A stretch of DNA of 62,965 bases, the filler included, from Globobulimina sp. (taxonomy: Eukaryota), in the NCBI GenBank assembly GCA_003354225.1. It is 41 parts of 41 records of this genome, joined end to end, with 100 filler letters (N's around TTAATTAATTAA, not from the genome) between each part and the next. Parts side by side here need not be neighbours in the genome. Positions count along the whole stretch, not along the records: positions 36,927 to 38,364 come from PIVH01016671.1; positions 38,465 to 39,902 come from PIVH01016672.1; positions 40,003 to 41,440 come from PIVH01016673.1; positions 41,541 to 42,978 come from PIVH01016674.1; positions 43,079 to 44,516 come from PIVH01016675.1; positions 44,617 to 46,054 come from PIVH01016676.1; positions 46,155 to 47,592 come from PIVH01016677.1; positions 47,693 to 49,130 come from PIVH01016678.1; 33 more parts are not named here. One strand, written 5' to 3'. This document shows positions 37,095 through 49,315 of the stretch, piece after piece; positions within the stretch are counted from its first letter, which is position 1, and each line of letters opens with the position of its first letter. The position numbers and the translations under genes were made by a program. The notes below the pieces were generated by a model that saw only the letters and a list, made by a program, of their open reading frames with translations, searched no databases and was not told the origin of the DNA.

Positions 37095-38364
37095 TTAAAA
37101 ACGCAGTGCTTTTTGAGAATTATTCTGTTTTTCCCCATTAACGTTTGTCAATAATCCATGAACAGCGTCAGAATGAGTTTTATGATAACTTTCGTTGCTG
37201 AGTTTAATTCTTAATTTACTTTCTTGCACAGCTTTGTCCCAATCCACATAATACACCAACATAAGTATAAGAATTACATCAGCCAAGAAATATCCACATA
37301 TTGAGCCAATCCATATGATAGAAATACCCATTTCCATATTATCCACATATTTAAAACCAAATAATAAATATATTTGTGCTGGTAATGCAATTAAGCATTG
37401 TGTAACAAACAGAATATACACAGTTTGTTTCTGATATCCGAGGGCCCGATATATTCCACGAACGTTTCTATCGACCGCCATCATTAACTGATCAATCAAA
37501 CCGATATATATCAATTTCTTGGTCATGAATTCAATGACTTGCTGGTTGTTTGTAAATAATAATGTCAATTCATACCGAAATATGATATACGTAACACAAA
37601 CAAACAAAAATAATAGCAAAGCAAACGACAGTTGAATTTTAATGCATCGTTTCGCATATTTGATAGTTTTTGCTCCATTTCCAATATAATTCCCGATACG
37701 AATTGTAAATGCATTCCCAATGCCATGATGTAGCAATATTATGGAATTTAAATGTTTCATAGTGGCAGTACATGCTCCTGCTATGGCTGCATTTGCTAGA
37801 TTTCCTGTCAAAATGACAAGAGATTCCCGCATACTCCATACTAACACCGCTTGTAAACAACCTGCTGAGCCCAATTGCAAATATTGAACTAATCCTTGTT
37901 TCTCAAAAAGTACCCTCAAAGGCAATGGTTTAAATACATATGAATGTCCTTTCTTGACTAGCAACAATATCATCAAACTTATACTTGACAGCAATGTTAT
38001 ACTCCAAACATAGGCACCTGCGATTTAAATGGGAGTGCATGGATAAATAACAGATACAAATACAAAATGACTAGAAATGGCAAACCTGCAATATAACCGA
38101 AATCAAAAACATATATTAAAAAATAATTCAATGGTATGGATAAAAAGAAGGTGATTCCCTGAATCACTAAAATCTCAAAGTTATAATTTAAATTCTGAGC
38201 AATTCGATGTAAAATGGATAATGAAGTCACTAAATACGGAAAAGGTATTAAGGCAATGCAAGTATTCTCGATTATATCCCAATCAATGTCGTTATCAGTA
38301 TTAACACTGAGAAATAATAATATATTCTTACTGTAAAAGAGCAAAATTGATAACGGCATTCCTA
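37095..38364 (-). CDS. MATE-family efflux transporter, two exons, 5'-partial
   Basis: IRIGNYIGNG, LFTNNQQVI, RGIYRALGYQK, GISIIWIG, DWDKAVQESKLRI; intron joins FGYIA|GAYVWS. Confidence 0.88.
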
Positions 38365-38464
38365 NNNNNNNNNNNNNNNNNNNNNNNNNNNNNNNNNNNN
38401 NNNNNNNNTTAATTAATTAANNNNNNNNNNNNNNNNNNNNNNNNNNNNNNNNNNNNNNNNNNNN

Positions 38465-39902
38465 GCATATACAGTATATTTACTCAAATATCTTCGCATA
38501 TACAGTATATTTGTTTGAAGATCTTCACGTCTACAGTTTATTTACTTGAAGATCTTCATATCTACAGTATATTTATTCGAAGATATTCATATTAACAGTA
38601 TATTTACTTGAAAAACTTGGTATACATAGTATATTTACTCAAAGATCTTCATATCTACAGTATACTTACTTGAATATCTACATATCTACAGTATATTTAC
38701 TTGAAGACCTTCATATCTATAGCATATTTGCTTGAAGATATACATATCTACAGTATACTTACTTGAAGATCTTCACATCAAATTTATATTTACTTGAAGA
38801 TCTTCATATCAATGTTATATTTACTTGAATATCTTCATATCTACAGCACATTTCTTGAAGATATACATATCTACAGTATATCTACTTGAAGACATTCATA
38901 TCTACGGCACATTTACTTGAAGATATTCATATCAACAGTATATTTACTTGAAGACCTTCATATCTACGGCGCATTTACTTAAAGATATTCATATCAACAG
39001 TATATTTACTTGAAGACCTTCATATCTACAGCACATTTGCTTGAAGATATACATATCTACAGTATATTTACTTGAAGATATTCATATTAACAGTCTATTT
39101 ACTTGAAAATCTTCATATCCATAGTATATTTACTTGAAGATCTTCATATCTACAACACATTTGCTTGAAGATATTCATATATACAGTATATTTACTTGAA
39201 GATGTTCATTTCAACAGTATATTTGCTTGAAGATCTTCATATCTACTGCACATTTGCTTGAAGATATTCATATCTACTCAAAGATATCCATATAAACAGT
39301 ATATTTACTTGAAAATCTTTATATCCGCAGCACATTTGCTTGAAGACATTCATATCTACAGTATATTTACTTGAAGATATTCATTTCAACAGTATATTTG
39401 CTTGAAGATCTTCATATCTACAGCACATTTGCTTGAAGATATTCATATCTACAGTATATTTACTTGAAGATATTCATATCAACAGTATATTTACTTGAAG
39501 ATCTACATATCTACAGTATATTTACTTGAAGACCTTCATATCTATAGCACATTTGCTTGAAGATATACATATCTACAGTATATCTACTTGAAGACCTTCA
39601 TATCTGCGGTACATTTACTTGAAGATATTCATATCAACAGTATATTTACTTGAAGACCTTCATTTCAACAGTATATTTGCTTGAATATCTTCATATCTAC
39701 AGCACATTTGCTTGAAGATATTCATATCTACAGTATATTTACTTGAAGATATACACATCTACAGTATATTTACTTGAAGATATTCATATCCATAGTATAT
39801 TTACTTGAAGATCTTCATATCTACAACACATTTGCTTGAAGATATTCATATATACAGTATATTTACTTGAAGATCTTCACATCTACAGCACATTTGCTTG
39901 AA
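38465..39902. repeat. 31-bp tandem satellite, about 46 copies, filling the contig
   Basis: Consensus ACAGTATATTTACTTGAAGATMTTCATATCT, period 31; variant ACAGCACATTTGCTTG interspersed. Confidence 0.97.
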
Positions 39903-40210
39903 NNNNNNNNNNNNNNNNNNNNNNNNNNNNNNNNNNNNNNNNNNNNTTAATTAATTAANNNNNNNNNNNNNNNNNNNNNNNNNNNNNNNNNNNNNNNNNN
40001 NNTCATTCAATTAATAATAAATTTTAATTGGGCATTATTTTAACATTTTAAAAACGATATTTAAGATTGAAAGCAGATTAAATGGAACTTTCTGACCGTG
40101 TAAGGAATCTGATCGGATTGTTTACAGAAACACGAACAGATAGTTTTTAATCCAACTGGTCTCTTATTTTGGTCGTAAGATTTTCAGTGAAGAAAAACTA
40201 GTCATCTGCC

Positions 40211-41209
40211 ATGTACCACCCATTTGTATTTTTATTGTTTTTCATATCATCAAATGCAACAAATTTCACTCAATTATCGCCGGAATTGCTGAATAAAATG
40301 AAAAATGAATTTCTAGTGGAATCAGAAAGATTACATCAATTCCGATTGATAAGTAAACAGTTGAATACCCAATGTTGTGATACCGACGTATCAGAGGCAA
40401 TCCACGCCATCCGAAAGATAAAACAACTCATTAAATGTCGCAACACATCATTGGATGATGCATCACTCCGATTAATGCATGCAACCCATAATTTATCAAG
40501 AACAAATCCGATGTATTCGCAACTAAATCTGCGCATAATCCGAGACTCGATCTCCGTCGAAACCTTTAATTCTTTGGAACTGAAGTTGCCGTTGTTATAT
40601 CCCAATCATTTGTCAATATTACTGGATGTAGATAGTGTATTATTTGCTAGAGCATTGCAGCAATCCTCAATAAATGTTAGTTATAAAGTGATTATCTCAT
40701 TTTTGTATACAGCCAATACGAAGATAACTTTTGTTAAAAACGATTTTATCACTGTACTGCGATTGTTATACACTGTTTCTGTTAGTTCTGACATTGAAGA
40801 ATTCTATTTGCCAGTGACAGAGAGTGGAGATTTAGAATGGCATTGTGAATCCTTTTCGAGTTACATTCAAACATTCAGAGTGGTGTCGAAATGTTTTGAT
40901 CATGCTGCAAGCGGTAATTCTAGTGATGACAAGGAGTTGTTGTTTCGATTTAAATTTAATTTGTTGGCAAATCTGTTGAGAAACAATGATTGGAATTTGA
41001 TGGAATATGATTATCAATCTGGAAACGATGAGTTTGATGAATTAGTGTCAATGATTCGAGATTGTGTAAAATATTTTGTTGACACATGTAGAGGCCGGGC
41101 AATGCTTGTTTTGGTTAACTTGATCGAGGGTATGGATGTAATTAATATTGAATTTGTCAGATTGTACATATTTAACGACGTATTGAATTTCACCATATAT
41201 TCATATTGA
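40211..41209 (+). CDS. Hypothetical protein, signal peptide followed by an F-box-like segment
   Basis: Complete intronless 332-aa ORF; MYHPFVFLLFFISSNA then FTQLSPELL...L...FRLISKQLN. Confidence 0.65.
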   Translation: MYHPFVFLLFFISSNATNFTQLSPELLNKMKNEFLVESERLHQFRLISKQLNTQCCDTDVSEAIHAIRKIKQLIKCRNTSLDDASLRLMHATHNLSRTNPMYSQLNLRIIRDSISVETFNSLELKLPLLYPNHLSILLDVDSVLFARALQQSSINVSYKVIISFLYTANTKITFVKNDFITVLRLLYTVSVSSDIEEFYLPVTESGDLEWHCESFSSYIQTFRVVSKCFDHAASGNSSDDKELLFRFKFNLLANLLRNNDWNLMEYDYQSGNDEFDELVSMIRDCVKYFVDTCRGRAMLVLVNLIEGMDVINIEFVRLYIFNDVLNFTIYSY

Positions 41210-41559
41210 TAACTTTAATACAAACAAAAAGAATTAAGAACTGTGCAGTCACTGTAGTGTACATTTTAATACTTGGGACTTTAATAAAAAACAAATCCAT
41301 TTTGAGAAGTTTATCGATGGGTTTCTCAAAACAATAATGACAAAATGGAAAGAAAATGAATGTAATCATGTATATTCCATCATATTTTTCAGTCGAACTT
41401 TCTATGAAAATGACCACGTTCATCATATGCCAACATATAGNNNNNNNNNNNNNNNNNNNNNNNNNNNNNNNNNNNNNNNNNNNNTTAATTAATTAANNNN
41501 NNNNNNNNNNNNNNNNNNNNNNNNNNNNNNNNNNNNNNNNAGAAAACGAATCTTCTCTT

Positions 41560-42978
41560 GAATTCGAGTCGTCTTTTTCCTGGACTTGATCCACTGTCAC
41601 AAATATTATCAAACATGCATATGATTAGCAAAGAGCAAAAAATCAATTTAAAATTATTCCAACATACCGCTTATTGCGCCTCTTTGAGAAAAATAAGTTT
41701 GCATCGTGTCATCAGGTGTTGTCTTTTCAATATCATTATTAAAACTAAATTTTTGTGCATGATGTTTGATTGTTTCTGCAGCCGATCCCATCGAAAACAC
41801 AGGTAATTCGCCAGAATGACGTGCACCAAACATAATGCATACACAATACAACATTGCTGTCCATAAACAATTAATAAATCCCATAACAACTCCAAAATTC
41901 GACGCATATCCAAAAATGCCAAAGAATGACCAATATATCAACCATACAGTTGTGCGGAACCATGAATCACTGATAAACGACCACTGATTAAAAAACAATT
42001 CGGATTACATCGGATTTGATATTAAAACAAAAAAAAACATACTTTAAAGCCTTCAAAATGTTGAGCAATTGAAATAATTGAAAATACAAATGGTGTCCAC
42101 CTTTTTTAGTACAATATTGGTTATATGCATGCAATTACATTATAAACACATACATTGTGATTAATATCGAAGGTTCCATGGAAAATAATTGTCTCCAATG
42201 TTCATTAGTGTCTTCTGATAATTTTCCGGTGTAATCCCAACCTAAACTCCGCCCAATGCACCTTTTTGTTGGTGTTTCTGTGCATTGCCATCTTTCCAAC
42301 ATAATATGCAAATGAATGCATGATCCTTAAATTGTATCATGTGTTTTAGAGTTTCATATTTATAATCAAATATAATTACATACCAATAAGCATTAAAAAC
42401 GCTGTACTAAAATAGGAATATCTAGCAACCTGTTGGCAGTGTATCACGTTTGTGGGTATTCTCATACATGTTAATTGGATCGTAATTAACTTGTTGAATC
42501 TTATCTGAATGTTCCTTTAGCCACATCGTGCAAATCACCACAAGGCCAAAAAATAAAAAACTTACAAAGAATGAAAATTGCTTAAATAAATCTTTTCGGC
42601 GAGCAGTCATCCACAAAATCCATAATCAATTAAATTAACAACAATTAGAATAATAACAGTATTAAATTAAATTCTTTAAACCGAAAACTCATCAAAGTTA
42701 ATAGAACTGTCTGCATATTGGGTCTCCAGTTGTGTTGCTGGAACATAAAAAAGTTGTAATCCATCCTCATCCGTCTCTTCTTCGCCATACACAAAATTAT
42801 TATCCATATTATCAGCGACTTGAACCACATTTTCTTGTTTCCTTTTCTCCGCACTCTTTGCCTTTCTCTTTAATACATTCACAAATTGCTCTTGTTTCTG
42901 TTTTGTTGTCTGTCCTTTTTTCGGTGTTTTTTTTATTTTATCATCAAACGCCAATTCAATTACATCCAAATCCATTTC
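41560..42978 (-). CDS. Multi-exon membrane protein, partial
   Basis: Several same-strand coding blocks with TM stretches separated by short AT-rich gaps. Confidence 0.45.
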
Positions 42979-43257
42979 NNNNNNNNNNNNNNNNNNNNNN
43001 NNNNNNNNNNNNNNNNNNNNNNTTAATTAATTAANNNNNNNNNNNNNNNNNNNNNNNNNNNNNNNNNNNNNNNNNNNNAATGCTAAAGAATAATTCATTT
43101 GAATTTAATTTGTTTACTTGATTGTAAGATGAATTTGTTTAGTTTAATGTTGTGCGATTGTGCGAACTATGTACTATTCACTGTTGATGGGCTTGATGGC
43201 AACTATTAAAGTGAACTAACTGAATGTTTTTTTCTTGAATAATTTGTTAAAATAATC

Positions 43258-44516
43258 ATGGCAAGTGCTACTTCAGTGTATTGTTTAGAAGAACTATATT
43301 CATATCTTAAAAATGACGAAGGATTTGACATATTGACGCAAACTTTAACAGAATGGGAATATGATTTGGATCTGCTTAAAGATGATATAATCAATGAGGA
43401 AGATGTAGAATTACAAGAAATAATTCCCCAATCGCTGTATGCTAAAATAAAGTCATTGATAGAGGGAGATTATACAGAAAATAACAATAATGAGTCTAAA
43501 ATAGAAGAAAAACATACAGCATATGATGCTCAACTGGTAAAATTAAAGACTTTAATATTTCAAATGTCTGATGCCGACGCCGCACAACAAATCATTGATA
43601 AAATAGCTGAGGATGAGGTACGTATACATATTATATATATGACTCTTGCGTATTGCAGTATGTATGATGCTATTTGCTGTTAGTTTGGATACGATGACAT
43701 CAGAGACGACATTGAAGACAGAGACGATTCGGGAATTTATAGTCACTTAAAAGAAAATCACGCACTAAATCTCGATACCATATTCAATACGTTTAGCGAT
43801 ATGGTGCAGAACCTCAATAATTACAATGTTTCGGATGCTATCAATATAACCGCTGACGGTCCAGAGTCAGACATAAAAATACCATATCAACATCAAAAAC
43901 ACATTTATACAGACTCTGACGAAGAAGAGCAATACGATGAGCATCAAATGGACGACAAAGAACTTATATATTATAACATTTCAGTCAATGATGAAAAAGA
44001 ACAAGAAATGAATGTGAAGGATTTGAACATCAGCGGTGAATGGAACATTGTTTTGAAAGCTATGAAAAACCACACTCGTTTTGAGCGCAATATTTATGAA
44101 CAAGGCATCAATTATTATAAAAGTCAAGCAGTTAAGACAGCAAATTCAAATGAATTTATATATTTAAATGTGTTGCCAGAAACATTCGATTTATTACAAA
44201 CAACACATACAAACAATTAAGTATACAATCGAGGCTTACATAGATACAGAAGCTAACAGCTACGAAGAGTCTGACATACAAAACGCGTATCCAAATCTGC
44301 CAGATACTGTAAAAAAAGATTTATGGCAGGATTTGACAAAATGTGTACGGTTCTCTCGTTACCGGAAACATGCATTGTCTGCAAACATAATACCTTCCAT
44401 TCCACCAAAACCAAAACCAAAAACAAATAGATGTATTCATGTCGACGAAGATGCAAAATCAATATCAATCGCATGCAATACCAACGTATTTGTAGATGAC
44501 GAGAAAAGTGAAGAAT
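43258..44516 (+). CDS. Acidic multi-exon hypothetical protein, 3'-truncated
   Basis: ORF blocks linked by intron 43618-43683 (GAG|GTACGT...TAG); repeated EYD.D..DD motif. Confidence 0.55.
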
Positions 44517-44616
44517 NNNNNNNNNNNNNNNNNNNNNNNNNNNNNNNNNNNNNNNNNNNNTTAATTAATTAANNNNNNNNNNNNNNNNNNNNNNNNNNNN
44601 NNNNNNNNNNNNNNNN

Positions 44617-44955
44617 ATATGGCAATGGAATGTGATGAAATAAATCATTTTCTTTTATTTCATTTGTTTGTTGCATTTGAATGTTATGCATATTATGTAG
44701 ATTATGTGTATTGGAATGATTGGATGCTGTTTGTTGTGGTCCATTGATAAAGACTTGAACAACATGATATTGTCTGTTGTCGTTCTTATTAATTGTCCCT
44801 TTATTGCTATGTCTGTTGTCGTTCTTATTTATTGTCCCTTTGTTGCTATGTCTGTTGTCGGTGTTATTAACTGTAGGATTGTTGCTATCTCGTAGTGAGT
44901 TGTTGTTGCCATGTATATCCATATCTGCAGTCTGTGCATTATCGTTTGGTTTCAT
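44617..44955 (-). CDS. N/H-rich protein with 13-aa (39-bp) repeats, 3'-truncated
   Basis: NDNRHSNKGTINK repeated about 2.5 times. Confidence 0.45.
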
Positions 44956-45063
44956 TACTATTTACTGATAACAAGTAAACGATGAGCTTCAAAAGATAAT
45001 GTTTTAATCCAATTTCTCAATTCTTTAACATTTTTCTTTTTCGCTCATTAGCTTAAACGTTAA

Positions 45064-46054
45064 ATGGCACAACCTACCTCACGTAAAAAATATTACCTCC
45101 AGGTCTCAATTGCACCACAATGGACTGATGGAGATTTTTTACCCGATTTATGTAAACATATCGAATCGAATTCAGCCAAATCACTCCGCGATATATTCAT
45201 CAACAATAGCTCTCGAATGGGTTGTTTTTCCGTCAAAGCCAAACAAATCGCCGAAAGGTTATTAACCTCATTCTCCACCAACAATATCTCATGTCGCGGT
45301 CGTAAACCCCAAGCCAAAATTACCCAAATATCAAGTACAAATTTCCAAATCCAACTCAAAAATTTAAATAACATTATAACATCCACTGAGTTTATGTCCT
45401 GGATATTATCATTAAATTACGACTCCTTTGATATCCAATTATTCGATACCAAAATATTCAAAGGCTCTGAGAAATGTATATTAGCGTTCAATACTATCGA
45501 TACTGCGATCCACGTCAAGTCCAAATTGCAAAACAAACAATTTCGTGGCACTCGCTTATATTTCACCCATTGGCACGTACCGCGTAGGAATATATCGAGC
45601 ATATCGGTGGGGAGTACAGCTGCCGCCAAGCCAGGCAAAATCGGGGTGCATAGCGGAGTAGTTTTGGGTTTGGTGGACCAAGACCATGCATGTAGTGGTT
45701 ATAGCACAGGTACAAAATCTGGGACCACCTCACCCATCGATAACGTCGCAAATGGCCCATTATATTTACGTGATCCGTCTGTGCCGCCGCCACCGCATAG
45801 ATCGCCGCCCATTCCCCCTCCAGTTCCAGTTACAGCGCCGCGCATAGTGAGCAACCATAGCAACATTAGCAACGGGAATGGGGTGCAAAGCGTTTCTGTG
45901 GCTCTGGCGCCGAATTATGGAAAATATTGCATCTCGTTCGAAGAGGAGATGTTAAGCAATGAGGCGAATAAAATGTATGTCAATTCGTTGTATCAACAAT
46001 TAGAAAAACAGAAGTTAATGATTCGTCAATTAATGCATGACAAAAAACAGGCGT
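45064..46054 (+). CDS. Two RRM-like domains + Pro-rich linker + coiled coil, 3'-truncated
   Basis: IQLKNL...CILAFNTIDTA...L..KQFRGTRLYF fits the RRM pattern. Confidence 0.6.
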
Positions 46055-46154
46055 NNNNNNNNNNNNNNNNNNNNNNNNNNNNNNNNNNNNNNNNNNNNTT
46101 AATTAATTAANNNNNNNNNNNNNNNNNNNNNNNNNNNNNNNNNNNNNNNNNNNN

Positions 46155-46834
46155 TGCTTCAAATCATTGGATATTAATGTTAAATCAATGGAGGATTTTT
46201 TATTGTATGATCTATGTATATGGGTATAAGATGGATTGGTTATATTTAGTATTTGCATACCAAGGAATTCCAAACCGTCAACAAAATTATCGGATTCAGC
46301 AGTTGATCGATCGCTGCCCCATATTACATGTGGCACATTAAAATCGCCCGCAATTACATTTTTATCGACAGTCATTGGATAACTAAATAATTGATCAATA
46401 TTGGGATTCCTTGGACAATTATATAAAGAGTGAATACCAATGTTTTGATCGCCACTATGGAGGATTACACTGGAAATGTGGCAATTTCTTGTACGGTCAC
46501 TATGGTTATAATTCTGAGGGGATTTTATCGGAGTAACAAGCAGTGATTCTCTGTAAAGGATTGCTGTTTCAGTCCCTGTATAATGGACTTTATATTTTGG
46601 AAAGCGTTCAATAGGGAATTTAAGTGAATGTGTGCGATTATTTGAGTCTGTATAAGTTGTATTTGTTGGAGTTACTGCATATCGCAGCGTGGCACTCCAT
46701 TCCTGGAGGAGGAGGAAGTCAATTTGTTTAGCTATCATTATTTGATGAATTTTTTTACATTTATTTTCTTGTGACATCTTTGAGGGACTAATTATCCCAT
46801 TTACGTTATATTGTAATATATTATATTTAACCAT
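46155..46834 (-). mobile_element. Non-LTR retrotransposon ORF2, APE endonuclease domain, 3'-truncated
   Basis: ILQYNVNG, DFLLLQE, SLYN.P, IAGDFN..H..WGS, LN....T, SSIDLTL. Confidence 0.92.
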
Positions 46835-47261
46835 TTTCTATTTTGTATATGATTCGTTTCTGGGAGTAGTTTTTGAGATTTTTGTAGTGAATTTTCAGTT
46901 TTTTTCCCACACTGATAAAAGAGTCGAGGTGTAATTGAATTAAACAGCGTTGCCATAGCAACAATTTTATTATTGTGTATAAAAAGGAAATTAATTGAAT
47001 TAAAGTAGAGTATTCTATGGTATTTATCAGATCGCAATGAGATATATTCTCAAAATGCGAATCTGGGGCAATAGAATGGTCTCTGTCTTTTTTAATGTCA
47101 ATTACAAAAATAAAGGCAGTGCATAGATGGGAGTTAAATGGATAAATGGAATGGATGGTATTTGTATAAAATATAGAAAAATTAAGTGAAACTAAATAAT
47201 TATAATTACATAAATTACATAAGGAGACTTGTGTGAGGGCTAAAACCAACGTTCTAATCAT
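46827..47261 (-). CDS. Extra 144-aa ORF between the putative ORF1 and ORF2 of the LINE
   Basis: Start overlaps the upstream stop (ATGA) and its stop overlaps the ORF2 start (ATGGTTAA). Confidence 0.5.
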   Translation of the reverse strand: MIRTLVLALTQVSLCNLCNYNYLVSLNFSIFYTNTIHSIYPFNSHLCTAFIFVIDIKKDRDHSIAPDSHFENISHCDLINTIEYSTLIQLISFLYTIIKLLLWQRCLIQLHLDSFISVGKKLKIHYKNLKNYSQKRIIYKIENG

Positions 47262-47592
47262 TTTGCATCTTTTCTAATATCGGACTTTTGTTGTTTTCTG
47301 TTTTTTGATTTTAATTTTGATTTCTTTCTTAAATTCTTGAATGGTAATTGGTTTTTTTTATTATTGTTATTTGTTGCTTTTTCCATTTTATTGTCAATCA
47401 TATTGACCCGGAACGATTCTTTGGTTTTTCTATCTTTATACTTTGGCATATTCGGAGCTATAGTCACGGAATGGAGTGGTTGCTTTGGTTGAGGTTTCCT
47501 GGGTCGATTACCCGTATCATTTACAATAACAATCTCCGGCTCATCATTAAATACATAGTTTGTTGTTGGTGATATTGGCGTATTATTTTCTT
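47258..47592 (-). CDS. Basic C-terminus of the putative LINE ORF1
   Basis: Open from the contig edge, K/N-rich, same strand and upstream of the endonuclease ORF. Confidence 0.5.
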
Positions 47593-47692
47593 NNNNNNNN
47601 NNNNNNNNNNNNNNNNNNNNNNNNNNNNNNNNNNNNTTAATTAATTAANNNNNNNNNNNNNNNNNNNNNNNNNNNNNNNNNNNNNNNNNNNN

Positions 47693-48316
47693 CACAACCT
47701 TTCCCTCCGCATATTTCTTTAACCATTGCCTTGCCTGCTTCCATCCGTCCGTATTAATGTTATATTTGGCCAATAATATCGCTTTTATTCCACTATAATA
47801 TGTATACATTGATGTGTGTGCTGCTGCTTTGTCGCTCATCGTCTCGAACCACATCATAACTGTGGTTTCGTTATAATCCAATCCATATTGCATAACAAAA
47901 CCCGAATATTTCTTAAAATGTTTGCCGTATGAACCGGCACTCGCTGTTGGCAATAAATTCGATTTCGAGCGTTTATAATATGCATTTAATGCATTATCTT
48001 CATATTTTGCTTCATTTACATCGATCGGTTGCGTAATAATATTAATATCTTCGTCGACCGCTTCTTGTTTGTCGGATGACGTAACGTTTCTGAATAATAA
48101 CATATCTCTTTCTAATTCATCAAACATCGCCCAATTCGCGCCTTCACTAATGACATATTTTGGGATAGTGTCATTAAATGATTTGCATATAATTTGTGGC
48201 TCCAATGATGGCAATGCTAAGTTCCATGACTGTAATCTTGGAATTGATGGTGCCGACTGTTGCATGACTATGAGGACTGTGAGGACTGTGATTAAACTTA
48301 TAACAAACGTCAACAT
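47693..48316 (-). mobile_element. Crypton-like tyrosine recombinase, N-terminal core-binding domain; 3'-truncated
   Basis: NLLP..S...Y...F..Y..F......NE..V..WF..M......SMY..YS.IK..L....NI........WLK pattern of eukaryotic YR core-binding domains; catalytic RHRY region is off-contig. Confidence 0.6.
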
Positions 48317-48669
48317 TGTGACATTTAACGTTTGCCAATATAAAGACTGTAAAGAGGTTTTTTAAATCTTTACTTTTATCTTAACAATGAAACTGTGCAC
48401 ACAAAGCACTGTGAAGCATAAACGTTGCTAAAGAATTAAATGTATAACAAGAATCTGGATATATTGAAACGTTATTTCGGATGTCAACCAAATTGGAATT
48501 ATTGGCATGCATTTAATTAAAAAAGCAATCAAAATCAACAAAACATCCACATAATAATTATATTAATATTGTATTATTAGAGAAAAAGAAAGAAAAACAA
48601 ACAAACAAACAAAAAGCCACATAATTTTATTATTGTATTATTAGTATTATTATTTTATAAAGATATTAT

Positions 48670-49130
48670 TTAATGATATTCATTATATGTATGAATATCG
48701 CCAATATTATGAGAGCTATTGGCATTATTATTATTCTTCGCTGCTTTGGCCTTCTCAGCCTCCAACTCCTCCTTCACCTTAAAATATGCCGCCGTCCGCA
48801 TAATACGCCATTTCTTATTCACCCGATTCATCCCAGTCATATTCACCAATCTCGCCCTCAAATCCTCCAAATTCTTCGAATTATCATCTAATGCGCGGGC
48901 AATCTGATCAGCAGCTTCCACCAAATTACAATTTTTCATAAAATTCTCATCTAATTGTTTAAATTGTAAATCTCTTAATTCATCCTCCAATTTCGCTCGA
49001 TCATCTTCTAAATTACAAATTTCTTCATGCATCGAATAGATTTTTTCATCTTGATTCGCGAGCTCCAATCGTAAATCTACATTCTTGACTTGTAATTTCG
49101 CGTAATCCACCAATGATTTCTGCTCTTCTT
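48670..49130 (-). CDS. Coiled-coil protein C-terminus
   Basis: Heptad-rich open frame from the contig edge. Confidence 0.55.
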
Positions 49131-49315
49131 NNNNNNNNNNNNNNNNNNNNNNNNNNNNNNNNNNNNNNNNNNNNTTAATTAATTAANNNNNNNNNNNNNN
49201 NNNNNNNNNNNNNNNNNNNNNNNNNNNNNNTAGGACAATATCAAGAACTCGAAATGATTATGTTGCTAAAAGGCAGTCGTCATCGTCCAAAAAACCAAAT
49301 GCTTTGTCACCAACA

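Noticed and set aside
38465-39902. Possible CRISPR array (~31-bp partly palindromic unit)
   Set aside because: Units are contiguous with no unique spacers and no cas genes; it is a satellite
45064-48316. RRM + endonuclease + recombinase as one composite element
   Set aside because: Three separate contigs; adjacency comes from size sorting
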